A stretch of 64,000 bases of DNA from positions 288,001 through 352,000 of the forward strand of contig CAVRKK010000002.1 in the NCBI GenBank assembly GCA_963722385.1. The letters are read 5' to 3'. The notes under the pieces were generated by a model. That model did not search any database, was not told the DNA's origin, and saw only the letters and a list, made by a program, of their open reading frames with translations. Source of the stretch: an uncultured bacterium (GTDB lineage: Bacteria > Babelota > Babeliae > Babelales > Babelaceae). A program made the translations under genes and the position numbers. The stretch's first letter is position 1; every line of letters begins with the position of its first letter. Shown one piece after another: positions 31,430 to 41,882 of the stretch.

Positions 31430-31878
31430 ACAACTTAAGTTTAACTAATGAATTAGACAAGCTCGAGGAAGGCAGAATTCTAAATCTTGAGTTTGACATT
31501 CTCTATCACAGCATAAACCTTAAAATAAAGGTATATCAATCAGAGGAAAAATTTGAAATCTTCAATATAATTTTTTCTAATGTATCTTCTTTTTATTTTG
31601 TAAGTGATATAGGAAAAGAAAGATTTAATATGTGGGAACCTGATCCAGGCGATACTAAGGAATTAGATTCTATTGGTTACTACAAATCAGGGATTGGTAG
31701 TATTAAGGTTACTGCTCATAAAGGCATGAAAGGAGAAAACTGGGCGAATTATTGGTATTCATCGGCAAATTTCGCTCTAGAGCTTCTCATAGGAGCTTTA
31801 TTCATTGAGGCTAGAAGTATAACCATAAATGATAAAACCTATGAGGTAGGCTATCCCCAAGATGAAGGAGGTTTATAA
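31426..31878 (+). CDS. Cognate immunity protein (resembles Bacillus YxiG-like family), allele 1
   Basis: ATGA overlap with toxin stop; AT-rich; F..VSSFYF...EL.SIGYY..GIG.I...SSANFALE.....LFIEA..I.IND. Confidence 0.8.
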   Translation: MNNLSLTNELDKLEEGRILNLEFDILYHSINLKIKVYQSEEKFEIFNIIFSNVSSFYFVSDIGKERFNMWEPDPGDTKELDSIGYYKSGIGSIKVTAHKGMKGENWANYWYSSANFALELLIGALFIEARSITINDKTYEVGYPQDEGGL

Positions 31879-32056
31879 CGTCCAATAAAACCTGGGTTGG
31901 GACTGTGACATGCTTCATTTTGTTGGCATCTGACACAAAAATTTGTTATTATCAAAAATAATATCGATAGATTATTTAAAAAATTGTCAAATATCAATAA
32001 ATATGCTAGTTTGATGGATATATTTATCTTTTATTATATAAACTGAAAGGACTTTT

Positions 32057-32860
32057 ATGGACATGAGAAAAAGTCTTAGAATCACAGGCCTGTCTCTAAT
32101 ACTCGCTCTGGGTAGCTGGCAAGCGACCGGGATGGAAGCTCCTGGGCATGAATCAAGCAGCGATGAGGAAATAAGTGCAAAAGAATACTCCCCGGAGGAA
32201 GCGGAACAGGGCAAAAAGCTTACCCAAGCGATCCATTATGAAGATATGGATCTCATTTATGCCTTAATTGACGCAACACCAGCTATCATTAACTATCAAG
32301 ACCCAGAAACGGGCAATACACCACTTTTAGAAGCAGTGGAAGTCTCTAGCCGTCCAATAATTAAGCTTCTCCTTCAAAAAGGTGCGGACCCCGCGATAAA
32401 AAATGCTCAAGGCTTTCCGCCAATTTTCGTTATTCTTCAGAAATGGAATGAACGCGAAGGGCTTTTAAGACTGCTGATTTCTTACAATATCCAGGCTCGT
32501 GATGCTCATGGTCCCAATGGTCAAACGGCATTGCAATATGCTGTTGAGCGTGATTTACCCGAAAAAAGAGTCCTTTTGAGTTTATGGGCTGATATTAATG
32601 CGCAAGATAACAGAGGTTGGACTGCTTTGCATTATGCTGTAGGGCAAGGAAATAGTATAGCAGTAAGATTTTTGCTTGAACAGGGAGCGAATCCGAGTAT
32701 TCGAAGCTTTGATATCGACGGCAACCGTACTGCTGAAATGGTTATTAATCCTAAAACAGTAGGAAGGAGAGCGCCAGATATTATAGAAGCTATCCAAAAA
32801 GCTCAATTAAACTATGAAAAAGGATGGTTTAGCAGCCTTAAAAATTTTATCGGTCTGTAA
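32057..32860 (+). CDS. Secreted ankyrin-repeat protein, family 1 copy 1
   Basis: Signal peptide ending ATG-ME; GNTPLLEAV, GQTALQYAV, GWTALHYAV repeats. Confidence 0.9.
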   Translation: MDMRKSLRITGLSLILALGSWQATGMEAPGHESSSDEEISAKEYSPEEAEQGKKLTQAIHYEDMDLIYALIDATPAIINYQDPETGNTPLLEAVEVSSRPIIKLLLQKGADPAIKNAQGFPPIFVILQKWNEREGLLRLLISYNIQARDAHGPNGQTALQYAVERDLPEKRVLLSLWADINAQDNRGWTALHYAVGQGNSIAVRFLLEQGANPSIRSFDIDGNRTAEMVINPKTVGRRAPDIIEAIQKAQLNYEKGWFSSLKNFIGL

Positions 32861-32884
32861 TTTACTCTAGATATTAACGTCTTT

Positions 32885-32911
32885 AAGCCAGCACAGAAAT
32901 GCTGGCTTTTT
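32885..32911 (+). terminator. Intrinsic terminator
   Basis: AAGCCAGCA/TGCTGGCTT stem plus T run; stem conserved at 60783 with a different loop. Confidence 0.75.
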
Positions 32912-32983
32912 ATTTATATTGCAATTGATGATAAATATTGATTATAATTATTTTAAATAGCAAATTAAAAAAAGGAGTAAGTA

Positions 32984-33344
32984 ATGAAGCGGCTAAACGT
33001 AATTTGCGTTTCAGCTTTCTTATGTTGCAGTTTACTGGTTGCGCTAGCATGTGCCCAAGAAGCTGAGACTCCGGAAGAGCTATCGGCTAGGAAGGCTCAT
33101 CTAGAAGAGGAACAAGGACAACTTGAGCAAAAATTACTTTTAGCTCAACAAGAAAACAATCCAGAAGAAATTTCAGCAATTGAAAGCCAGCAAAAGCAGG
33201 TTGCTCAACAGCTTAAAGAAGTCTCTCAAGAAGAATCACAAGCCATTCCTATTATCTCACCGCCCATGCCGTCTAATCAAGTGCCAATTGTAGTCACAAA
33301 AGCTGGTAGTGAACAAGATGTTCTCCAAGCATCAGATATAACAA
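32984..33344 (+). pseudogene. 5' fragment of a giant secreted helical protein, truncated by IS630
   Basis: Colinear with the first ~120 codons of the ORF at 60882; similarity stops at the IS left end. Confidence 0.85.
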
Positions 33345-34467
33345 TAGACATCACATTTAGGTTTTAGACTTAAAGCCCAGCAAACTGTACTCAAAGAAAG
33401 TGTTATTTAAAAATTCAGCAAAATCATTTGATATTTGCTTGATATTATCGATGAAACGATTATGTGAAACATTTTTGCGAGCAGCTTTCCAAACCTTTTC
33501 TTGCGGGTTTTCTTCAGGAGCATATGCTGGAAAGTAGATTAAATCGATGTTTTTATCTTCTTTTAAAAATTCCTGGACGGCTGACCCTCGATGCCATCCT
33601 GCATTATCCCAAATCAAAAGCAATCTGCTTTTCGGATAGTTACGTCTAAGCTGTTTTAACACATCTACCGTAATATACATGTTTTGTTTTTCTGCGATGA
33701 AAGCATGTTCTCGGCCTGTTTTTATGTTTAAAAACCCATAAAATGACCGATTTTCTCGTTTGCTTGTAACCTCAATTTTAGGGTACTCGCCGGCAGGCAA
33801 CCAAATTTTTTGGAATGTTGTTGTTGATGAAAGAATCATTTCGTCAGCAGCGAATATCTCGATCTGATCATTATTCCAAGCTTTTTTAATTACAGGCATT
33901 ACATCTTCTTTCCATTTCTGAACCTTCTGTTCATCGCGTTTCTGATAAACCTTGCCAGGCTTGTGAAATGTAAAACGCGCTTCTTTAAAAACAAGATACA
34001 ATGAGGTTTTTGATTTATATTTTACACCATATTGCTCGCGAATAAGATGTCCTAATGACCAAGTCGTCCAGTAATCCTCATCAAATCCGTAATCCCGAGT
34101 ATTATTTTTGAGCGTCTCTAAAATTTGTGTTCGCTGGCCTTTAGTCAGCAGTGATCGAATCTTTTTTTTACGTTTGTCCCTAATCCCGTCGATTCCTTTC
34201 TGCAGAAAATTGTTTCGCAATGTAAATATTGAACTTCTTTTAAACCCAGTTAGCTCTTCAATAATTCCTAAATCGAGTCTTCTATTAAGCATTAAAATCG
34301 CTTGGGTACGCAGCGATTCTTTCGTGTTTGTTTCTTTGTTTTTTAAAAATGCTTTAAGATCTTCAATTTGTGCTTGGGTTAAAACAATCTGTCTTGGCAT
34401 TTTAAAACACTCCCTTTTTGCCAAAACAGTTTACCGTTTTTAGTCTATTTTTAAAGTGTGATGTCTA
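33345..34467 (-). mobile_element. IS630-family insertion sequence
   Basis: Imperfect terminal inverted repeats TAGACATCACA..TAGACT (33345) and AGTCTA..TGTGATGTCTA (to 34467), TA at both ends; single transposase ORF. Confidence 0.92.
33357..34424 (-). CDS. IS630 family transposase
   Basis: HTH/winged-helix N terminus (WT...L...I...YGVKY); DDE motifs FAADE, IWDNAGWH, FPAYAPEENPQEKVW. Confidence 0.95.
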   Translation of the reverse strand: MAKRECFKMPRQIVLTQAQIEDLKAFLKNKETNTKESLRTQAILMLNRRLDLGIIEELTGFKRSSIFTLRNNFLQKGIDGIRDKRKKKIRSLLTKGQRTQILETLKNNTRDYGFDEDYWTTWSLGHLIREQYGVKYKSKTSLYLVFKEARFTFHKPGKVYQKRDEQKVQKWKEDVMPVIKKAWNNDQIEIFAADEMILSSTTTFQKIWLPAGEYPKIEVTSKRENRSFYGFLNIKTGREHAFIAEKQNMYITVDVLKQLRRNYPKSRLLLIWDNAGWHRGSAVQEFLKEDKNIDLIYFPAYAPEENPQEKVWKAARKNVSHNRFIDNIKQISNDFAEFLNNTFFEYSLLGFKSKT

Positions 34468-34854
34468 TATGTTTATTGCTTTATTGCTTATGCCCTGTTT
34501 GCGCATGCTTGCTTTACCCTTTTATTACCTTACTGCTTTATCGTGTTGCAGTCTTATTCTTTTATATGTTTTTAGCTTAAATTAAGAACAATATTCAATA
34601 GGATAAATCAAAACTCATATCCCTTCTACCAAGCATGCTCCTAGCACGTTAGCTTGGTACCAGCTATCCGTGTATGCTTATAACTTTGCCGCAATTGATC
34701 TTAACGAGAATATTTTTAACCTTTGACAAAAAGGATATATCTCAAGCTTAAGCAGTTTATTGATATCTTGCAATTGTCGATGCCACTCAAGAGCAGGTTC
34801 GAAAAGCTAAAAAAATGATATATTAATTATTGTAGTGCAAATGATAGAAGCCAG

Positions 34855-35682
34855 GTGAACCAGATGAGTAGATCCTTTAACATTAAATTTGAGGTAATGC
34901 ACCCCTTAACAGAACAAGGTGCGGTAAACATGCTATGGAAGGCATGGCAAATAGGTGGCATGTTCAAATACGGATTTGGCACCTTCGATAACATGCTAGT
35001 TTCTTGGCTAAAAAATCGCTCGGTCGAACTTGGCTGGCATGAAGAGGATGCTGAAGACCCCGATGCTTATTCTCCTTATGTAATAATATCTATGTACGAA
35101 AGAGATGAATCAAGTTTTGAATTTTACTTCGAGCCAAGTGGTGCTAACCGCTGGGGCCGAGGACGCACATCCATGGGCATAGACTTTTCATGGTATATTG
35201 AAAAAGGGCTCATTATTACTGAGGGACTTGAAATAGCTAGTTTACTAGCCCAAGTAGAGGATTATTACTTCAAGGAACCTGCTCAAGAATGGCAAATAGA
35301 CGTAAGATTACGTGGTCTATATTGGCCATTTGGGCCACCCTTTTTTAAAAAGCCAAATGAATTATTAGAAAAAGATTGGCAACATTTAAGAGATACGCTC
35401 GATAGATTTATAGCAAATGGCTTGTTGGCAGGGTGCATATTTGAACCTTATGTACTTGATGAAACCACTGTGTCAAAAGAATTTATTACCTTACGTGGAA
35501 AAACGGCCTGGGGTGAAGATATTTTAGTTAAAATGCAACGGGGGGGGCTTTGGCTCATGCCAGCTGATCCTGCCTATAGACCCGCCAATATACGTCCTTA
35601 CTTAGAACTGCTCAACAGTTTATTGAAAGGCTTTGAAATTAACGCACTACAGGCAGATAGTCTCGCACTCAAAAAACAATAA
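34855..35682 (+). CDS. Hypothetical cytoplasmic protein, possible immunity protein, copy 1
   Basis: 275-aa ORF without signal peptide, Trp/acidic-rich, duplicated immediately upstream of a putative nuclease effector. Confidence 0.7.
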   Translation: MNQMSRSFNIKFEVMHPLTEQGAVNMLWKAWQIGGMFKYGFGTFDNMLVSWLKNRSVELGWHEEDAEDPDAYSPYVIISMYERDESSFEFYFEPSGANRWGRGRTSMGIDFSWYIEKGLIITEGLEIASLLAQVEDYYFKEPAQEWQIDVRLRGLYWPFGPPFFKKPNELLEKDWQHLRDTLDRFIANGLLAGCIFEPYVLDETTVSKEFITLRGKTAWGEDILVKMQRGGLWLMPADPAYRPANIRPYLELLNSLLKGFEINALQADSLALKKQ

Positions 35683-35924
35683 CAGAAATATTGACTTCAT
35701 ATCCCTTCTACCAAGCACGATCCTAGCACGATAGCTTGACACCAGCTATCCTCTTATAGCCAGTCGCAATCTTAACACGCATATTCTGAAACCTTTGACA
35801 AAAAAGATATCTCCACCTTAAGCAGTTTATTGGTACCTCTCAAATGTCGATGCCACTCAAAAGCAGGTTCGAAAAGTTAAAAAAATGATATATTAATTAT
35901 TGTAGTGCAAATAATAGAAGCCAG

Positions 35925-36749
35925 GTGGACCACATGAGTAGATCCTTTAACATTAAATTTGAGATAATGCACCCCTTAACAGAACAAGGTGCGGTAAACA
36001 TGCTATGGAAGGCGTGGCAAATAGGTGGCATGTTCAAATACGGATTCGGCACCTTCGATAACATGTTGGTTTCTTGGCTAAAAGATCGCTCGGTCGTACT
36101 TGGCTGGTATGAAGAAGATCCCGAAGATCCCGATAATTCTTATCCATATGTCGAAGTAGCTATGAATAAAATAAATGATACAAGTTTTGAATTCTACTTC
36201 CAGCCAAGTAATGCTAACCGCCGGGGCCGAGGACGCACATCCATGGGGATAGATTTTTCATGGTATATTGAAAAAGGGCTTATTATTACTGAGGGACTTA
36301 AAATAGCGAGTTTACTAGCCCAAGTAGAGGATTATTATTTCAAGGAACCTGCTCAAGAATGGCAAGTATTCGTAGTATTAAGAAACCTATATTGGCCATT
36401 TGGGCCACCCTTTTTTGAAAAGCCAAATGAATTATTAGAAAAAGATTGGCAAGATTTGAGAGATACGCTCGATAGATTTATAGCAAATGGTATGTCATCA
36501 GGGTGCGTATTTGAACCTTACCTACTTGATGAGGCCACCGTTTCAAAAGAATTTCTTACCTTAAGAGGGAAAACAGCCTGGGGTGAGGATATTTTAGTTA
36601 AGACGCAACGCTCGGAACTTTGGCTCATGCCAGCTGATCCTGCCTATAGACCCGCCAATATACGTCCTTACTTAGAGCTGCTCAACAGTTTATTGAAAGG
36701 CTTTGAAATTAACGCATTGCAGGCAGATAGTCTTGCCCTCAGAAAATAA
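35925..36749 (+). CDS. Hypothetical cytoplasmic protein, possible immunity protein, copy 2
   Basis: Close paralog of 34855-35682 with clustered substitutions. Confidence 0.7.
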   Translation: MDHMSRSFNIKFEIMHPLTEQGAVNMLWKAWQIGGMFKYGFGTFDNMLVSWLKDRSVVLGWYEEDPEDPDNSYPYVEVAMNKINDTSFEFYFQPSNANRRGRGRTSMGIDFSWYIEKGLIITEGLKIASLLAQVEDYYFKEPAQEWQVFVVLRNLYWPFGPPFFEKPNELLEKDWQDLRDTLDRFIANGMSSGCVFEPYLLDEATVSKEFLTLRGKTAWGEDILVKTQRSELWLMPADPAYRPANIRPYLELLNSLLKGFEINALQADSLALRK

Positions 36750-36849
36750 TCGCAGAAAAGAATAAAAGAAATATTTGACTTAAGTTTGCTTAAAGAATAG
36801 GTTTTTAACAAAGCTGATATTTTGCTAATCTTTAACGGACTGGAAAAGC

Positions 36850-39800
36850 ATGAGTATAGCATCTTTCTTCACCCATCATAAAATCGCAATTAGAATAACT
36901 TTATCAAGTTTTTTTCTTTATTCTGCCTTGCCTGTGGTGGCGCAGGGGCCTGGTTTTGAAAACGAACTCGAAGTTGAGCTCGCGTATCAAACATTAGTCC
37001 GCGCAACAAAAGCTTTCAAGACTGGATCCAAAGAAGCCATCAAATCAGCATGGGAACATCCTGTCAGAACTGCTTGTGGCGTTGCTGTATCATTAGCCAT
37101 CGGTGCTTTGCCTGCGCAATGTAGCAAAGCAGTCCAGACTATCTTAGTGGGAGCATTGGTTGGCGAAATAGTTACCAATAAGCAGCTCCAAGAAGAGTTA
37201 AGCAACAAATCAATGGATGAAGGTTTTGAAATACTGGTGGCACATGGCGGCTATCTGTTGACTAACATGGCATTATACCAAACGCTTGGCACCGTGTCAT
37301 CAGTGGGCTATAGAGCATCAATTTCACGTCTTGCGCCATTTCTTAAAGATGCGATCCCTCAAGGTACCTTTACCACAAGCCCTGTAAATGGCTACACTCT
37401 TGGCGCTCAAGTCAAAAATGGCGATATCACCATTGGCGTAGCGCGCCTTATAGATGAAAAATCAATACGTGTAGTCGGCTTTCAATGGGCTAAAAGCGGC
37501 CACAAAAGGTTTTTTTCTGATAGGGTGCATAAAGCTGATTTTGCGCAAGGGAACATACAAACATCCAAGCTGCCCGTTGACCTTCCTTTCTTTAAAGCGA
37601 CTCCCGAAATTACTTCAGAGATACCCTCATCAGCCAACATTTTTCGCACCGCATTTTTCACCACCATCCCTCCCAGTAAATCTTACCCCAGTGCGTCTTC
37701 TGCTAGGGATGTAAAGCCCTCTTTTACGCCAGAGCAAAAAGAGAATTACAAAACGGTCCTAGAGATGCTGAGAGAACATGACCAAAGGCTTATCAATAAA
37801 GCTCGTCACAACTTAGCAAGAAGGCCACCGCAGCCCGATTTACGTTTCAATGGATATAGACATTATCTAGGATCTGAAGAGATTAAGCAACTAAATAAAT
37901 CAACAGTTAATGAAGCAAATATTCAATTAGCGGATGAGATATTCTCAAGTATCCCAGAAGATACTATCTTTTATGGCATCGGCGATCGTTATACGCTCCG
38001 CGAATGCATTCTAAAAAATACATTCGATCTTACCAAAATCGAGTCTTTGTTAAAAGATTTAATCACTCCTGAATATCTCATAAGCGATTCGGATAGCTCC
38101 TTAAAACGTTTGCTTACAAAGGGATTTAGCGACGACAAAGGTGCTCTAGAAAGTGCTCGTGGCGCTTATGCCGAATTCCTCGCTGACTTGGATTTTCAAG
38201 CAAAGGGCTGGGATAGGCAAGCGTTCGGGGAGCTCTACCCACAGATTCTTCAGGAAAGCGATCCCATGCCACGTAGTAGATCGGAGCTTAAAGAAAAAGA
38301 CCTCGATTTGGTTTACGAAAATATTACACCTGAAGGGGAAAAGCTAAAGCTCCTGGTTGAGGTAAAAGACAAATCCTATAATTTAAACGAACAGATTTTA
38401 GCAGATGAATTTAATAAAAACATATTGCCCAAAAAAAATATAGCGAGCATGGAAAATGCAGAGTTTTTATTTTACTCGCGGCAACCTATACCTTCATACT
38501 TAAAAAACCTTATGGATGAGCATAATATTGCGTATGCAGATACACCACAAGCCATCTTTGCACCTGAAGAATTTGCTCAATTCTATGAAGGCAAGCGCCT
38601 TGCTGAGCAGCTGAAAGATCCAACTTTTATACCAGCGCAGCAATTTCCCGCTTTTGACAATGCAGGTGGTGCTGTTCCTCCTACCCAAGAGACTTCATTT
38701 GGCTATGCTGCTCATGACGAGTCATATTCGAGCAGTGATGAACAATCAACTGGCCGCCCAAACGATGCCACAGGGAGAGCTCAAGGGTTAGCTGGCGTGG
38801 TATTTGGAGAGCTTTATCCGCAGGATACTCCTGAACATGATCAGAAAAGAGGCTCTTATCAACAAGCAACGCGTGTATCGGGCTTTACAAGCGCTCCCTA
38901 TTCCACTCACGCACGCAATCAACCATTTAATGTCATGCACCCATCAGAGGATTTATCAATAAGCTTTCACGGAGGTTTGCGTGCTACCAATGAGCATAGA
39001 GCAGTTCCTAATCGGGGAACAAGCGTTGGCTGGTATACCGGCGCTACCGCGGTTTTGGGAGCACCAGTATTGAGCTCGGCCGAAAATGTGATTGCGTACG
39101 CCATGATAGGTGGTGGTACGGTGGCAATTGTTTCTTTGATTGGTTATACGGGCTATTTAATTTTCGATACCTTGAAAAATATGGATGCGCCAAATTTTAA
39201 CGGCTATATCGAAAAAGTAATCGATAGAGAAATTGGCATGTACGCGCATTCTACGATGGATCTCTTGCGCATGAATGAGAGATACCATAATGCAATAAAA
39301 CATTGCTCAAAGTTATCATCCACTATCTTGGATAAGCCATTCTATACGGTTAATGGCTATCAAGTCCCTTTTTGGCTTTATGATCCTGACAAAAAAATTA
39401 AACTTTTTGAAACACCAGAGTTGGCTCAACTCAAACAATTGGATATACCTATCAGACTCGACGTTATTCCTACGAGCGATACGCGCACGATTCTCCGGAA
39501 TCTTAATGCAGCATTGGGTGAGCGAACCTTTGAATTAGCTCGTATGTCCCTCGGCCAAATTGCCTTAAGAATCGAAAGAGAAAAGCCCCTGTTAAAAAAA
39601 GCTCAAGATACCTGCGATGAAAAACAAAGAGACCTCGAAGCTGCACTACGAAACTTCAAAAATAAGCTCGATGCTTGTAATCGGGGTAAAGCTGATGCAA
39701 GTGATGTGGACATGATGAATCAAGTTCTTAAATTCACGTATGCAGACCTTTATCATAAAGCAGCAGCAAGGTACTATTATATAAAAACGCAGGAACTTGA

Positions 39801-40734
39801 TAACAAAATTCTCCAGGCACACACCGTTGTGATGAACGAGCTCCTTAAAAAACAAAAAGAAGCTTGCCAAACGTACGAACATAAGGTTGAAGAAAGCTTA
39901 ATCAAGCAGCGCGAGGAAGCCCTCAAGCATACCTATGATAAGTACGCTCTAACACTTTATCAATTCCCGCTGCCAGAATCATCGGTTAAGTTTTTAAAAA
40001 ATCTTCACTGCAACACGGATATTTTGATGACGCTTTACGGTACCGAGATACAAAATCATTTATTTGAAGAGATCCATGCCATTATCAAAGTCGCTATTAC
40101 TACGTATGAAACCAGTAGCCGACCAGCCATTCGTTCATTATGCAAAGCCATAGTAACACTCGCTGATGAGTCAGCGTATTATGCAACGCTCGGTTATAAT
40201 ACGCAATCATTTACCATAAATGACACGCTCTATGTTTTGCTCACCTATACTGAACTGCTTAATAAAAATAATCAGGCATTAGATAACGAGCAAGCTGGCC
40301 AGATTAATAATGCCCTTAAAAAAGCTTCAGAGCTCTTGGACATATTGATTAATCGGTCACTACCGCATATCACGGCTCTTTTCTCAGGATGCAAGGCAAA
40401 AAAATTCAGTTTAGCTACCATAATAACAAAGCTGGCCGACATCCTGAAGCCTGCAGCAGAAGAAAACTGTCAAACAAAAGCAAGCTACCAAACCAGTCCT
40501 GATGGAAAAGGGTTCATTGCAGTAACACGCAATCTTTCACAGCCTCTGCGTGGCTTACAATATATAGCCCAACAAGCATTTGCTGAGCTGAGCTATATAG
40601 TGAGCTATCATTTACAAAAATTACGTGCTTGCCTTGACACAGGCGCATGTCCTTTAACCGACTATGAAAATGCCGAAGTCATTCAAAATACTCCCGCAAT
40701 GCTTTTACTCGCCAGCGTACTCAAGAACGCATAA
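36850..40734 (+). CDS. Large secreted protein with internal PD-(D/E)xK nuclease-like motif, hydrophobic segments and coiled coil
   Basis: Signal peptide (..LPVVA-Q); RGAYAE...DLDLVY...LLVEVK (38161-38367); hydrophobic stretch IAYAMIGGGTVAIVSLIGYTGYLIF; helical C-terminal part. Confidence 0.7.
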   Translation: MSIASFFTHHKIAIRITLSSFFLYSALPVVAQGPGFENELEVELAYQTLVRATKAFKTGSKEAIKSAWEHPVRTACGVAVSLAIGALPAQCSKAVQTILVGALVGEIVTNKQLQEELSNKSMDEGFEILVAHGGYLLTNMALYQTLGTVSSVGYRASISRLAPFLKDAIPQGTFTTSPVNGYTLGAQVKNGDITIGVARLIDEKSIRVVGFQWAKSGHKRFFSDRVHKADFAQGNIQTSKLPVDLPFFKATPEITSEIPSSANIFRTAFFTTIPPSKSYPSASSARDVKPSFTPEQKENYKTVLEMLREHDQRLINKARHNLARRPPQPDLRFNGYRHYLGSEEIKQLNKSTVNEANIQLADEIFSSIPEDTIFYGIGDRYTLRECILKNTFDLTKIESLLKDLITPEYLISDSDSSLKRLLTKGFSDDKGALESARGAYAEFLADLDFQAKGWDRQAFGELYPQILQESDPMPRSRSELKEKDLDLVYENITPEGEKLKLLVEVKDKSYNLNEQILADEFNKNILPKKNIASMENAEFLFYSRQPIPSYLKNLMDEHNIAYADTPQAIFAPEEFAQFYEGKRLAEQLKDPTFIPAQQFPAFDNAGGAVPPTQETSFGYAAHDESYSSSDEQSTGRPNDATGRAQGLAGVVFGELYPQDTPEHDQKRGSYQQATRVSGFTSAPYSTHARNQPFNVMHPSEDLSISFHGGLRATNEHRAVPNRGTSVGWYTGATAVLGAPVLSSAENVIAYAMIGGGTVAIVSLIGYTGYLIFDTLKNMDAPNFNGYIEKVIDREIGMYAHSTMDLLRMNERYHNAIKHCSKLSSTILDKPFYTVNGYQVPFWLYDPDKKIKLFETPELAQLKQLDIPIRLDVIPTSDTRTILRNLNAALGERTFELARMSLGQIALRIEREKPLLKKAQDTCDEKQRDLEAALRNFKNKLDACNRGKADASDVDMMNQVLKFTYADLYHKAAARYYYIKTQELDNKILQAHTVVMNELLKKQKEACQTYEHKVEESLIKQREEALKHTYDKYALTLYQFPLPESSVKFLKNLHCNTDILMTLYGTEIQNHLFEEIHAIIKVAITTYETSSRPAIRSLCKAIVTLADESAYYATLGYNTQSFTINDTLYVLLTYTELLNKNNQALDNEQAGQINNALKKASELLDILINRSLPHITALFSGCKAKKFSLATIITKLADILKPAAEENCQTKASYQTSPDGKGFIAVTRNLSQPLRGLQYIAQQAFAELSYIVSYHLQKLRACLDTGACPLTDYENAEVIQNTPAMLLLASVLKNA

Positions 40735-41220
40735 ACACGGCCAAGAGGCACTAATCGCTTGTCTTTGCCGGCATAAAAAAGAGCTGTAGGTTGCCGGCTT
40801 GCTATCCAGCCGTCTTCCACCTTAGCCAGAACGAGAGTAAGGCAAAGCCCCCTTTTTCTATCAAATCCTTGTGCTGTACAACACTAACAAGCTTTCCTAT
40901 CTAAAATATTACGCAACAAGCTTTTTTTCTTAACACGCTCATGTTTTGCGGTATAACCTTGAGGCTGAGCAGCGACTCAGCAGAACTATTATGCTAGGTG
41001 AACAAAGATTAAGCTTATGCACAGAAAATAACTCTGATCCCTGAAATAAAGCGGGCTTCTCATCAAATTGCCCCTAGCTTTTCATGGAAAAAATGATATC
41101 ATGAAAACATGGGCTGAAAATTTTTGATCTGAGTTTTTAAATTTATTTTACAATTATGTTATTTAAAGATATGACTCAGCCTTAATCAATGCAAATCTGT
41201 AACCTCAAGGAGTTTTAAAC

Positions 41221-41865
41221 ATGAACAAGCTGTTCTTATGCTTATCAGCCGCCATCCTCATCGGCGCAGTATATGCGGGGGCGATGGAACAAGATAAAAC
41301 CGAGTTGAACAAAAAGCTAGCGTGGGCTATCGGAAGCGGGTATGACGAAACTGTAGAATCATCATTACGCCAAGGTGCTGATCCTAACTATATTGACTGT
41401 GGGACACCGGTTCTGGTTGATGCGATTAAATATGATAGTAGTCCGACGGTAATAAGCTTACTTTTGCAATATGGTGCAAATCCTGAAGTTTGCGAGGGAT
41501 CAACTCCTGTATTTCGCCTAGCCATACGAACTGACGATCCTGCTATCGTACGAGCTTTTCTATCAAATTTATCAGAAGAAACAACCAAAAAAGTGCTTAG
41601 CGAGCATAACGGCTACTTCGAAACAGTACTCCACCAGATTGCAAGAAGCACCGAACCAAACGCGCTTGAAATAGCTAAAATACTCGTTGAAGCAGGCGCA
41701 CTTGCTAATCAAATAGATGCATTTGATGATACCCCAGCCGCAATTGCAACACAGCATGGCTCTAAAGAATTAGCAGCATATCTTCTCGAGCAAGAGAACA
41801 AAGAAAAGGGTTGGAATTTAGGGGGCATACTTTCTGGATTACGAAATTATATCAGTGGCACCTAA
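41221..41865 (+). CDS. Secreted ankyrin-repeat protein, family 2 copy 1
   Basis: AAGGAG RBS; signal peptide ending YAG-AME; GADPN, LLLQYGANP, TVLH, DTPAAIA repeats. Confidence 0.9.
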   Translation: MNKLFLCLSAAILIGAVYAGAMEQDKTELNKKLAWAIGSGYDETVESSLRQGADPNYIDCGTPVLVDAIKYDSSPTVISLLLQYGANPEVCEGSTPVFRLAIRTDDPAIVRAFLSNLSEETTKKVLSEHNGYFETVLHQIARSTEPNALEIAKILVEAGALANQIDAFDDTPAAIATQHGSKELAAYLLEQENKEKGWNLGGILSGLRNYISGT

Positions 41866-41882
41866 AAACGTTAAGATACCTG

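Larger units (their letters stand above)
34616..36781 (+). repeat. Tandem duplication, two ~1.08 kb units (34616-35697, 35698-36781), each with promoter region and one ORF
   Basis: Both units begin CATATCCCTTCTACCAAGCA and end AGAAATAT(T)TGACTT; ORFs are close paralogs. Confidence 0.9.

Noticed and set aside
41079..41107. Inverted repeat TTTTCATG-N13-CATGAAAA upstream of ankyrin family 2
   Set aside because: Short and AT-rich; second copy exists only because of the duplication, so no independent support
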